Shown here in pieces: positions 10,629 to 20,752 of a DNA stretch of 64,000 nucleotides. Numbering within the stretch: the first letter of the stretch is position 1; each line of letters opens with the position of its first letter. The stretch is taken from NCBI GenBank assembly GCA_046861385.1, contig JBHHTW010000003.1, forward strand, positions 32,001 to 96,000, written 5' to 3'. The stretch is from Fidelibacterota bacterium. Lineage in GTDB: Bacteria > Fidelibacterota > Marinisomatia > Marinisomatales > TCS55. Below the pieces are notes generated by a model. That model saw only the letters and a program-made list of their open reading frames with translations, ran no database searches and was not told where the DNA came from. The position numbers and the translations under genes were made by a program.

Positions 10629-13600
10629 TTGATCACCGCGAATTTGCTTATGAATTCTTTTTTAGCTGAAATCACATGAAAGAGATAAACTCCAAACGCG
10701 ATTTCCTGACGATTGTATGTTTGTAAGTCCCACGCTTCAATGCTGGGGCCACGCCAGCCATTACTGTTCTCTTCATGTTTGAGTATTTGTACCAATTCAC
10801 CTGCAGTATTGTATATGCGAATTACACATTTCTCAGGTAAGTTTTGAAATTGTAATTCTCTTTCATATGCAACTGATTCATATGCAGACGTTGATTTATA
10901 TGGATTGGGAACAACCAATATCTCATCAATATCCCCCTGTTCAAGAACGTAATCATCAGCGACTGTCGTAATGGTATATACATCCTCTCCGGGAAGCAAA
11001 GGATTTTGAAAGGAAACTCTGAAAATATTACCCGACTCAAATCGCGTACTGCTTTTATTGAATTTCATCATCCATCCGAATAATCCAGCGTCGGCAGCAT
11101 AATCAAATGAAAACAGGTGTGTAATGTTCGCGTTATAACTTTCGTATATGGGAATGAAAAACACATTTTTTGTGAATTCATAAACACCAGGTCGATCATT
11201 CGTTTCTTCAATAATTGGTTTACTACCGGCAGCTTGGTAGACTAAACAACCGATCTGTTTATTTTCTTCTGTTGACCAAATCGAAAATGGTAACGCTATG
11301 GTATCCACTGTAGTAAGTGTAGAGTTAAAATAGCATGCAATTGAATTTTCACCAAATCTAAAATCCAAATCAAGCTGAAGCTGTGAGAGTTCAGGCCTTC
11401 CTTCGGGTTGATTCACGGGAATATTTTCCAGAAATCCAGCAAACGTTCCGTCCGTTGAACCTGTATAAATACCTCCAAAAACTATGGACGTACTTGTATC
11501 ATTATCCGCAATTGTTTCTAAAGAAGAAAAACTTTGAATATCCCATGCCGCATCTGAAAAAAGCGGAATAAACCCATCAATGACATGAGTCATTATTCCG
11601 GCACTAATATCCGAAGTATCCATTGACACAACCATTTCCATAACATCAGTGTCATAAACAGAGTAGTAGTTTGACTCAATAGTATCAATTGCAGCAAAAC
11701 TGCTATCGCTGGTGACTTCAGTTGTGTCGTACAAAACAGTGTCTCCAAATGTTATCGTATATGTATGACCTTTACTTACGAAATCGTCTGGTGTAATGGG
11801 TAGACCTAGAAATTCCAAGGTGGACGGAACGGCTAAAACAGCCGTTAGTACTGCATCAGATTCTCCGGATGAATGATCTACTGTAAATGACCCCCTATCA
11901 AAACCGGCCGAATTTTTTTGGGGTATAGCAGCAACTGTATTGTCTGAATCGTTGGCATAAGCATTTTTCGACCTCGAATTCTCAAGCGGATCAACAGCAG
12001 AACCTGCCCAGTCATCAGGACCGTCATAGGCTGAAACAGCATACCAATACTCATATCCATTCACAACATTATTATCAACAAATGAATATTGCAGACCCGC
12101 ATCAGATCCTAAGTTATAATAAATCAATGGGTCTGTAATAACGTAGGAACCTGCTATACCGTCAGGCTTGTCATAAATAGCTAAAGGTTTGTATACATCT
12201 GTGGGATCACCGTTAAGATCTGTGACGACAGTTCCCCACATATTCCCACGGTCCATGCTGCGGTATACGCGATACCCCTGGAATGCATTATTCAGTGTAA
12301 CAGGGTCTACGGAATCTTCACTACGATCGTCCCAAAATAGGACAATTTGACCGTCATCTTCGATAACCTGTACAACCGGCGATTCAGGTGGCTTGGGTGT
12401 AGCGCAATCATTATCATACAATGATTGAAATAACTTTGCATTTCTGATTAAATCAGCCTCATTAATTCCCACAAAATCAGCGAACGTAAAAATGACTTGT
12501 TCTCCCGGAGCAACATCAAAAGGGCCTGCATTGATGACCCAAGTAATATCAGGACCGTAAGAATAGGGTTTCTGATAAATATCATTAACATTCGGTGTGA
12601 TATTCTGAGGGGTTTGTATTCCGTGCTGCATCTGCTCAGTATAAGCTTGTGCATCGCTCTGAGAATCTTGACTGTATTCGTACGTGTAAAAATTGGAGAC
12701 ATCATAAGACGAATCAGTTCCATCACTGTTAAATTTAGTACACTCGAGAAATTTCAATCCAATCCAGCCAATACCCGAAGATTTAAATCCTTCAGAAGCA
12801 TCATCCCCATCGTACACTAAAGCAAAATTTGAGAGAAGCTTCGCATCGGTTGTATCTACTAATTTTTCAGCAATAAGTGAATCATTTTTCGGAATAAAAA
12901 GTGCAAAATCATCTGTCCATTCAGCTCCACCTTGTTCAGGTGCATCAGGATCACCGGCAATTCCAACATAGCAGTCTTTAATAGTATCTTTTCCGACGTT
13001 CGTCATCTGTTGTATGAATATGAGACCGTCATTTCCAAATGACAAGGAATAATTCAGTACCCACACATCGAAGCGGACATTTAATGGACCCACACCATTA
13101 TTACTGGCAAATGTGTTTCCTTCTGCAGGATCATTGTCCGTAACCACAAAATACGCCTCCCTTTCTGCTTGGACACCAATACCGCATGGTGCATCGGGAA
13201 AACCATCCGGACCCAATTCCGGTTCGATGCCGGGGAAATAAAGCGTATCCCCGTTTCCCTCAATGTCATAGATAATGGATTCATACGTACCTGTATTATC
13301 AGTTTGCCGAGGCCAAGTTGCAGGCCATGACTCCGGCATATCGCTAAACGCGATTCCAATATTTGCTATCGCATCTACTACGCCTGAATCATATCCCGAT
13401 AACGGCTCAAATTCTTCTTCATTATCCCGGACAGAACCACGAACGCCCACTGCAACAGATGGCTCCCCATTAATGAGACCTCCGACCATGGGTGAGGCTG
13501 TCCAATAATAAGTACAGCAGCCATCTTTGAGCATACTTCCGGCGGGGAATTCATGATTCAATCCCCAACGATCATAACCATATATAGCGGCATTGGATAA

Positions 13601-13804
13601 ACGGAGTGTCAAATTTCCTTTGTCTAACACACTCCGTTTTCTATCGTCATACGAAGAAATTTTTTCTATTCTATCCGGAAGAAGCTTTTTGTCGTATTGT
13701 GGAGCAATCACTCTATTGTAATATTCGATTTTCGAAAGTGTGCTTGCATCGCCACTGTATAATAAGGCGCAACCGAACAAACCAAAAAAAATAATTTTAT
13801 TCAT
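10625..13804 (-). CDS. Large secreted acidic protein with Fn3-like segment and T9SS/FlgD-like C-terminal domain
   Basis: Signal peptide; FQGYRVYRS...GYEYWYAVSAYD segment; C-terminal VVPNPY..IRIYNTAGELV..WDL..GVYLFHV..KFAVIK. Confidence 0.75.
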   Translation of the reverse strand: MNKIIFFGLFGCALLYSGDASTLSKIEYYNRVIAPQYDKKLLPDRIEKISSYDDRKRSVLDKGNLTLRLSNAAIYGYDRWGLNHEFPAGSMLKDGCCTYYWTASPMVGGLINGEPSVAVGVRGSVRDNEEEFEPLSGYDSGVVDAIANIGIAFSDMPESWPATWPRQTDNTGTYESIIYDIEGNGDTLYFPGIEPELGPDGFPDAPCGIGVQAEREAYFVVTDNDPAEGNTFASNNGVGPLNVRFDVWVLNYSLSFGNDGLIFIQQMTNVGKDTIKDCYVGIAGDPDAPEQGGAEWTDDFALFIPKNDSLIAEKLVDTTDAKLLSNFALVYDGDDASEGFKSSGIGWIGLKFLECTKFNSDGTDSSYDVSNFYTYEYSQDSQSDAQAYTEQMQHGIQTPQNITPNVNDIYQKPYSYGPDITWVINAGPFDVAPGEQVIFTFADFVGINEADLIRNAKLFQSLYDNDCATPKPPESPVVQVIEDDGQIVLFWDDRSEDSVDPVTLNNAFQGYRVYRSMDRGNMWGTVVTDLNGDPTDVYKPLAIYDKPDGIAGSYVITDPLIYYNLGSDAGLQYSFVDNNVVNGYEYWYAVSAYDGPDDWAGSAVDPLENSRSKNAYANDSDNTVAAIPQKNSAGFDRGSFTVDHSSGESDAVLTAVLAVPSTLEFLGLPITPDDFVSKGHTYTITFGDTVLYDTTEVTSDSSFAAIDTIESNYYSVYDTDVMEMVVSMDTSDISAGIMTHVIDGFIPLFSDAAWDIQSFSSLETIADNDTSTSIVFGGIYTGSTDGTFAGFLENIPVNQPEGRPELSQLQLDLDFRFGENSIACYFNSTLTTVDTIALPFSIWSTEENKQIGCLVYQAAGSKPIIEETNDRPGVYEFTKNVFFIPIYESYNANITHLFSFDYAADAGLFGWMMKFNKSSTRFESGNIFRVSFQNPLLPGEDVYTITTVADDYVLEQGDIDEILVVPNPYKSTSAYESVAYERELQFQNLPEKCVIRIYNTAGELVQILKHEENSNGWRGPSIEAWDLQTYNRQEIAFGVYLFHVISAKKEFISKFAVIK

Positions 13805-13806
13805 TA

Positions 13807-16800
13807 TTACCTCAATCCTACATTGATTCCAAATTCAATATGCCGCGGTGCACTGTAATAATAAGGTCGATTTACCCACATAGGTGAATTATTGGGGTTC
13901 AAACTTTCATCAGGTTTACCGGTGTCATTAAATACATTTAATATATTTTGACGATCAAATAAATTTGTCACGTCTGCATAAAATCGTACATTTGCAACAT
14001 TACCAATTTTCATATCGTAATATGCCTTGGCATCAAACGTTGATGTGAAAGGCATGCGGCCGGAGTTTTCATCATCAATATTCCTTCCACGAGAATCAGT
14101 TGGGGTATATGGCAACCCACTTCCCATATTTCCCAATACATTTACGCCAAAACCCTTTGGATGCTGAAAGTCTAAGCGCATGTTGAGGGTATGGGGTTGA
14201 TCCCAAGCCATCGTAATTGTCCTGTGAACTGGGTGATCTCCATAAACAGATGCGTAGTATGCAGCCCAATAGTCTGATTCTTCATTTCCTGTATTTCCTT
14301 CAGATCGGGAGAACGAGTAAAATATTTCCCAGCTGAAGTTTTGGGTCATTAACTTCCGCAAACCCAGTTCAAATCCTTTCGAGTTAGCGTAATCCATATT
14401 TTCAAAAATGGCATATTCTGTGGGATCTGCATCATATATATTGGCTGATATATAATCATGACGATCGTTGTAAAATAGAGTTAATGTTAACAAGAATTCC
14501 GGATTTACAAGTGTTCTCAAGCCAAATTCATACTGAACCGCACGCTCCGGTTTAATGTTGGGAGAACCAACAGGAGGGATGTACCAATCGCCCAAATTAA
14601 ACGGGAATGGATACATGGAATTTCCAAACATCCCAAATAGTGTTTGAGAACTGACGTTTGATAATCCACCGGGAACACCTTCATTTCCAATGCCATTCGA
14701 GTTGGAGTAGTCATACATATATTCATAGTCAGGGTACTTGAAAAAGTGACCATAGGAAAAATGAAATGCAGTATTTTCTGTTACAGGATATCCAATCCCT
14801 ATTCTCGGACTCCATTGTGTTTTTACGGTTGCTTTATCCGGTCGGCCAAATGAACCGTCTTCTTCGATATATCCCCATTCCACATCGCCGGCAGCAAAGG
14901 CATCAAAGTCAATGGATGTTAAATCACTCGTTTCATAGACTTCACCGTTGTAACGATATCCTAGATTTTTTGTGGGATCTGCATATTCACTTTTGGGATC
15001 AAGGACATCATAACGTATTCCAAGGTTGATGATAAGGTCATCGAACTCCATTTTATCTCGAATATAAAAAGATGCCTCGATAGGTTCTTTTTCCCATAGG
15101 ATAAATGATGCATCTGAACTTCTTCCGTAATACCCACCGCCAACTGAGTACGCCGAAAAATTAAATAATGAGTGCTTCTTTTGTGTATAACCCGTTTTGA
15201 TTTGATGCACTTTATTGAACTGCCAAGTCAATGCACTTTCGTATTGAATCGTTTCTGAATAATCATTAAAATAATTATGGTATGTTGAGAAACCCATCCT
15301 CACCGTATCTCCAAAATTATTTACGATCGGATAACTTCCGTAAAATTCATAGTTGGATGTATTGTCATAAGCATCTCCTTCACGAAGATTTGTAAATACT
15401 CCCCAACTGTAGGTATTATCATTATTTAAATCACTATATTCATCAACTCCAACCGTATAAGCGCCATCCTCATCTACGTCATTATATGGTTCAGCGTAAT
15501 AACTGAGCCAGGTAAACTCAGATCCAGGTTCAAATATTGAGTTCTCCCAGTCATCCGGGATGATGTAAATATCAGAAAAAAGTTCATGGTTATTATCTAA
15601 GAATTTTTCACCTGGAATTTTAGGTCCCCTCCAATTCTCGACTCTGTTCTTTGAATAAGAAAAGGTTGCAAACATATTTTCAGAAAACGCTATATTTAGT
15701 TTTCCGTACATGAGTTTGCTTTCCTGCCAGTCGACGGCGTTACGTTCCGGAAGTTGTCGATAACTCATACTGAAACCCCGTTTTTCATTATTCTGAATAT
15801 TGGTTCCCAGGATGATTTTAAGGTTATCCAACGGACGCAATACGACTTTTCCCATGATCCTATCCGTCCAATCATAAGTGGCTGTAATTTCGTGGGCTCC
15901 TTTTTTTAATAAATCAGCTTTTCCATCACCATTAATATCAGATAAAGCATACACATCTCCATTACGGATTCCATCTCCATTTTCATCAGTGAATTCTTCA
16001 CCCTCATCATAAACATTATTGGCAACATCAACCCATGATTCTGCAGCTGAAATTAAAGTTCCTGATGTGTCATAGACGGCATGATCCCACATGCCATTAT
16101 TATTGTTATCTGTGTATGTTTCACCGAAATCATATTGGTTATTTGCAACATCAATCCAAGCTTCACCAGTATCATATACGCCATCATCATCTTCATCCAC
16201 TTTTAAAACATCCCATGGGAGATAATTATTTTTCAATCGTCCATCCGTTCGGTTTCGGTCCGCAGAAATAAAAAATGTTACCAGATTTGGCATAGCAGGA
16301 ATGATGGGTCCGCTGGCGGTTCCTTCAATTCTGCCTGTATTCCAATTATTGCGATCTCCAAATTGATCAGTGGAAGCTCGAAAACTCAAATCATATTCTG
16401 CGCTCCCTTCCCGTGTAATGATATTAACAATACCACTCATGGCCTGTCCGTATTCAGCATCGAATGATCCGGTAATAATCGACAATTCGGAAATGCCTCC
16501 TCGGGCAACATCTGTAGCCATACCACCGTTAATGATATCTTTAACGTAAAAACCATCTACCAAGTAGGCAGTTTCACCGGAACGCCCGCCACGGATATGA
16601 ATACCATCGTCCCCGCCACCGTTATCATTTTCAATTACACCGGCAACATTATCAATAATGTCCGTATAGGAATTGATGGGCATATTTTCAAAATCTTCTT
16701 CTTCAATGGTTGTTGTAGTAGCTGTTTGATCTCGGACAATAACCGGGCGTTCAGCTTCTACGATCACCTCTTCACCTTCCACAGCAGATATTTCCAGGGA

Positions 16801-17097
16801 AAAATCGATTCTGGTTGTGCGATCTGCATTGAGGCGCACATCCGTAATGGATGTCATCTTAAAACCAATGTAAGAAGCCATTACTGTATAATTATCTGCA
16901 GGTATGTTTAAAATCATGTAATCGCCGTTTTCATCACTGGCTGCACCGAATGCAGTCCCTTTCAAAACGACGTTCACACCAATGAGCGGTTCACCAGTCG
17001 CGGCATTAGTGATTCTACCGACCAATTTACCCGTGACTCCTGCAAATAAAATGTTGGCGCTTATGAGTATGAAGAGAGAAAGGCGTTTTTGTCTCAT
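13807..17097 (-). CDS. TonB-dependent receptor with N-terminal carboxypeptidase-regulatory-like domain
   Basis: RBS AAGGAGG upstream; GKLVGRITNAATGEPLIG; plug motif HIRGGRSGETAYLVDG and FDAEYGQAMSGIVN; C-terminal PRHIEFG. Confidence 0.92.
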   Translation of the reverse strand: MRQKRLSLFILISANILFAGVTGKLVGRITNAATGEPLIGVNVVLKGTAFGAASDENGDYMILNIPADNYTVMASYIGFKMTSITDVRLNADRTTRIDFSLEISAVEGEEVIVEAERPVIVRDQTATTTTIEEEDFENMPINSYTDIIDNVAGVIENDNGGGDDGIHIRGGRSGETAYLVDGFYVKDIINGGMATDVARGGISELSIITGSFDAEYGQAMSGIVNIITREGSAEYDLSFRASTDQFGDRNNWNTGRIEGTASGPIIPAMPNLVTFFISADRNRTDGRLKNNYLPWDVLKVDEDDDGVYDTGEAWIDVANNQYDFGETYTDNNNNGMWDHAVYDTSGTLISAAESWVDVANNVYDEGEEFTDENGDGIRNGDVYALSDINGDGKADLLKKGAHEITATYDWTDRIMGKVVLRPLDNLKIILGTNIQNNEKRGFSMSYRQLPERNAVDWQESKLMYGKLNIAFSENMFATFSYSKNRVENWRGPKIPGEKFLDNNHELFSDIYIIPDDWENSIFEPGSEFTWLSYYAEPYNDVDEDGAYTVGVDEYSDLNNDNTYSWGVFTNLREGDAYDNTSNYEFYGSYPIVNNFGDTVRMGFSTYHNYFNDYSETIQYESALTWQFNKVHQIKTGYTQKKHSLFNFSAYSVGGGYYGRSSDASFILWEKEPIEASFYIRDKMEFDDLIINLGIRYDVLDPKSEYADPTKNLGYRYNGEVYETSDLTSIDFDAFAAGDVEWGYIEEDGSFGRPDKATVKTQWSPRIGIGYPVTENTAFHFSYGHFFKYPDYEYMYDYSNSNGIGNEGVPGGLSNVSSQTLFGMFGNSMYPFPFNLGDWYIPPVGSPNIKPERAVQYEFGLRTLVNPEFLLTLTLFYNDRHDYISANIYDADPTEYAIFENMDYANSKGFELGLRKLMTQNFSWEIFYSFSRSEGNTGNEESDYWAAYYASVYGDHPVHRTITMAWDQPHTLNMRLDFQHPKGFGVNVLGNMGSGLPYTPTDSRGRNIDDENSGRMPFTSTFDAKAYYDMKIGNVANVRFYADVTNLFDRQNILNVFNDTGKPDESLNPNNSPMWVNRPYYYSAPRHIEFGINVGLR

Positions 17098-17218
17098 ATT
17101 GAGCCTCCTTGTACGATGGAAAAATAATCTGATATTTTTGATGAAACAAGTAGAAGGTTATTGAGCATCAACTAACATGTTCGTAACTTCAAAAAAAATT
17201 TACTAGGGAGTTATCTAA

Positions 17219-18922
17219 ATGAGTTTAGAAAACGGTAACAACAACGAACAAGAGTTTGGACTTTCTCATGAAGAATTATTACATATTCTTGAAACAGCAC
17301 CCAGTGGAATTAAGTCCTATATATCTCACTTAGAACAGCAAATAAAGAATTTTTCTGATATTGGACTTTCATTATCCAAAGAGAAGGATATGAACGTTCT
17401 CTTGGAAAAAATCTTATTGGAAGCTCGACGCATTACCATTGCAGACGGCGGTACACTTTATATGATGACGAATAATAAACAATTACGATTTGAAATAATG
17501 ATGACTGATTCACTGAATTTTCACATGGGTGGCACATCCGGGAAAGACATCCCATTTTATCCCATTAAATTGTATAATGATGATGGAGAACCAAATGAAA
17601 CAATGATCGCTGCTTATGTGGCATTAACCGGTAAAACTGTAAATCTTCCGGATGCTTACGAAGCAAAAGGATTCGATTTTTCCGGAATGAAAGCATTTGA
17701 TCAAAAAACGGGTTATAGATCCAAATCTTTTCTCACCGTGCCTTTAAAAAACCATGAAGATGAAATTATCGGTGTTCTTCAATTATTGAATGCCCAGGAA
17801 AAGAAGACCGGAGAAGTGATTCCATTCTTACCGGATGTTCAAGAACTGGTTGAATCTCTTGCCAGTCAAGCGGCAGTGGCTATTACCAATAAAAATCTTA
17901 TCAAAGATTTAGAGATATTATTTGAATCCTTTATCAAATTGATCGCATCTGCGATTGATGCGAAATCACCCTACACCGGAGGTCATTGTTCCCGAGTCCC
18001 TGAAATTACGATGATGATAGCCGAAGCAGTGAATGATTCGCAAAATGAACATTTCAAAAATATCCATTTTAATGAGAAAGAACTATACGAATTGAAAATA
18101 GCTGCGTGGCTTCATGATTGCGGCAAGGTAGCGACGCCCGAGTACGTTGTAGATAAAGCAACAAAACTAGAAACAATTTATGATCGTATCCATACGGTAG
18201 AAACCAGGTTTGAAGTGTTGAAAAGAGATTACGAAATACAATTTTTAAAACAGCAGCTTAAACTTGAAAAGGATGAATCACTTTCTAAACAAGAAATAAA
18301 AAATGCCCTAAATAAAATTAAAGACAAGTACAAAAAACAATTAGTACAGCTGAATGAAGAAAGAACTTTCGTTAAAGAAATTAATATCGGAGGTGAATTC
18401 ATGTCGAAAGATAAAAAGGAACGTGTGAATAAAATAGCCGGATACCAGTGGATTGATAATGGTAAAAAGAAAAATTTCCTTTCAGAGGATGAAGTAAAAA
18501 ACCTTTGTATTGCAAAAGGGACGTTAACAGCAGAAGAGCGAAAAATTATTAATGACCACATTGTGCATACAATTGATATGCTAAAACAGCTTCCCTATCC
18601 AAAGCATCTGAAAAATGTTCCGGAATTTGCAGGTGGTCACCATGAAAAACTGGACGGTACAGGGTATCCACTGGGCTTGACGAATGATGAAATGTCCATC
18701 CAGGCAAAAGCAATGGCAATTGCTGATGTATTTGAAGCCCTAACTGCAAAAGACCGACCGTATAAAGACGGAAAAACTCTTTCAATGGCCATGCGCATTA
18801 TGGGTTTTATGAAAAATGATGCTCATGTGGATCCTCATCTGTTTGATTTATTTGTCCAAGAGAAGATCTATTTGAAATACGCCGAAAAGTATTTGTCAAA
18901 AGATCAATTGGATATGGATTAA
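17219..18922 (+). CDS. GAF + HD-GYP phosphodiesterase (cyclic dinucleotide)
   Basis: GAF (YRSKSFLTVPL..IGVLQLLN); DAKSPYTGGH, LHDCGK, HHEKLDGTGYP and ADVFEALT. Confidence 0.92.
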   Translation: MSLENGNNNEQEFGLSHEELLHILETAPSGIKSYISHLEQQIKNFSDIGLSLSKEKDMNVLLEKILLEARRITIADGGTLYMMTNNKQLRFEIMMTDSLNFHMGGTSGKDIPFYPIKLYNDDGEPNETMIAAYVALTGKTVNLPDAYEAKGFDFSGMKAFDQKTGYRSKSFLTVPLKNHEDEIIGVLQLLNAQEKKTGEVIPFLPDVQELVESLASQAAVAITNKNLIKDLEILFESFIKLIASAIDAKSPYTGGHCSRVPEITMMIAEAVNDSQNEHFKNIHFNEKELYELKIAAWLHDCGKVATPEYVVDKATKLETIYDRIHTVETRFEVLKRDYEIQFLKQQLKLEKDESLSKQEIKNALNKIKDKYKKQLVQLNEERTFVKEINIGGEFMSKDKKERVNKIAGYQWIDNGKKKNFLSEDEVKNLCIAKGTLTAEERKIINDHIVHTIDMLKQLPYPKHLKNVPEFAGGHHEKLDGTGYPLGLTNDEMSIQAKAMAIADVFEALTAKDRPYKDGKTLSMAMRIMGFMKNDAHVDPHLFDLFVQEKIYLKYAEKYLSKDQLDMD

Positions 18923-18942
18923 TACCTTCATTCATTAATATT

Positions 18943-20745
18943 ATGACCGCCGATATCGCCATTGTTTTGGGTTTGATCGCCCTAATGCTTATCTTATTTA
19001 TTAAGGAAACATTCCCCTTGGATGTGACTGCGTTAGCCATTTTATCTATATTTATGGTGACGGGTTTTTTGACGGTTGACGAAGCCATTAGCGGTTTTTC
19101 AAATCAAGCAGTCCTGACCATTGCGACCTTATTTGTTTTGAGTCACGCACTACAAAAATCCGGTATTTTAGAATACGGAATTGTTCGATTAAATAAATTA
19201 ACTGAAACATCAAAATTATTGGGTTTAGCGGTATTTTTAATTTCGGTTGCGTTTGCATCGGCATTTGTGAATAATACTGCGATTGTTGCAATGTTCATTC
19301 CCTTAACGATTCGTATTGCAAAAAAATACAATTTAAGTCCATCGAAATTATTGCTGCCGTTAAGCTATGTTGCCATTATTGGCGGAACACTCACTTTAGT
19401 TGGCACCTCCACGAATCTTCTTGTTAATTCTATTTTTACTGAGTCAACAGGATTTGAAGCATTGGGTATGTTTGAATTTTCAAAATATGGAATATTCATA
19501 TTATTGGTTGGACTTGTATATATGATTTTTGCGGTACCCCTTATCATGCCATCAAGAACAGTTACGACCAGTTTGACCCAAAGCTATCACATGGGTGGCT
19601 ATCTTACAGAATTAAAAGTGTCTGAAGATTCACCACTTGTTGAAAGAACCTGCATGGAAAGAGCCATCAATAAGAATTTTGATATAACCGTTTTGGATAT
19701 AATTCGGGAAGGAAAAGTCATTAGCAGTAATATTCGAAATACCATAATTCATCCTGGTGATGTGCTTTTTGTCAGAGGATCCATTGAAAATTTTCTCCGG
19801 ATGAAAGAGGTGGAAAAAGTCACCATGCTAACTGATGAAAAATTAACTCAGGAAGAATTAGAGAGTGACGAAAATTTATTGGTAGAATGTTTATTAACCC
19901 AGCAGTCTGATTTGGTGGGTAAAAGTTTAATGGAAATAAATTTTCGCAGGAGGTTTGGAAGTTTTGTACTGGCAGTCCGACGGGAAGGTTCCATTTTGCG
20001 GAGAAAGATTGCCCATGTTATTTTAAACTCCTTTGATACATTGTTGATGTATGGTTCCAGGGAAAAAATTCAGGAATTGACAGATTCCGGTCATTTCATT
20101 GTCTTGGGAGAAATTGAAGCTTCCCTAAAAAAACATCGTTTCTGGTGGGTGAGCCTGACGGTAATTTTAGCAGCAGTTATCTTGGCAGCACTTGGCATAA
20201 TACCCATTCTGACAGGAGCATTAATCGGTATGATTTTGCTTTTGACTTTAAGAGTCATCACCACCAATGAGGCATATAACTCCATAAATTGGCAAGTGAT
20301 CATATTAATTGCAGCGTTGATTCCTATTGGCATTGTAATTCAAGAAAGCGGAGCCGCAAAACTCATTGCATCTATGTTGAGCAATCTGACCAATATGGTG
20401 TCTGTTGAAAATCGCCCTTTCGTGATGCTGTCATTAATTTATTTAGTCACAATCATCTTAACTGAATTGGCTTCCAATGCTGCGACAGCGATAATCATGA
20501 CACCAATCGCAATTTCTGCAGCGATTCAATTAGGATTGGACCCTCGTCCATTTATTTTCTCAGTTTGTTTTGCCGCTTCTGCCTCCTTTATTACACCCAT
20601 TGGATATCAGACTAATTTGATGGTTTATGGTCCAGGCGGATATAAATTTTCTGATTACGTAAAAGTTGGTTTACCATTGGCGATCACATTCTGGCTGATG
20701 GGAACATTCCTTATTCCGGTTTTTTGGCCCTTTACAAATATTTAG
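18943..20745 (+). CDS. SLC13/DASS family transporter with TrkA-C (RCK_C) domains
   Basis: SAFVNNTA, GGTLTLVGTSTN, SNAATA and TPIGYQTNLMVYGPGGY; two cytoplasmic RCK_C-like repeats. Confidence 0.92.
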   Translation: MTADIAIVLGLIALMLILFIKETFPLDVTALAILSIFMVTGFLTVDEAISGFSNQAVLTIATLFVLSHALQKSGILEYGIVRLNKLTETSKLLGLAVFLISVAFASAFVNNTAIVAMFIPLTIRIAKKYNLSPSKLLLPLSYVAIIGGTLTLVGTSTNLLVNSIFTESTGFEALGMFEFSKYGIFILLVGLVYMIFAVPLIMPSRTVTTSLTQSYHMGGYLTELKVSEDSPLVERTCMERAINKNFDITVLDIIREGKVISSNIRNTIIHPGDVLFVRGSIENFLRMKEVEKVTMLTDEKLTQEELESDENLLVECLLTQQSDLVGKSLMEINFRRRFGSFVLAVRREGSILRRKIAHVILNSFDTLLMYGSREKIQELTDSGHFIVLGEIEASLKKHRFWWVSLTVILAAVILAALGIIPILTGALIGMILLLTLRVITTNEAYNSINWQVIILIAALIPIGIVIQESGAAKLIASMLSNLTNMVSVENRPFVMLSLIYLVTIILTELASNAATAIIMTPIAISAAIQLGLDPRPFIFSVCFAASASFITPIGYQTNLMVYGPGGYKFSDYVKVGLPLAITFWLMGTFLIPVFWPFTNI

Positions 20746-20752
20746 GATAGAA

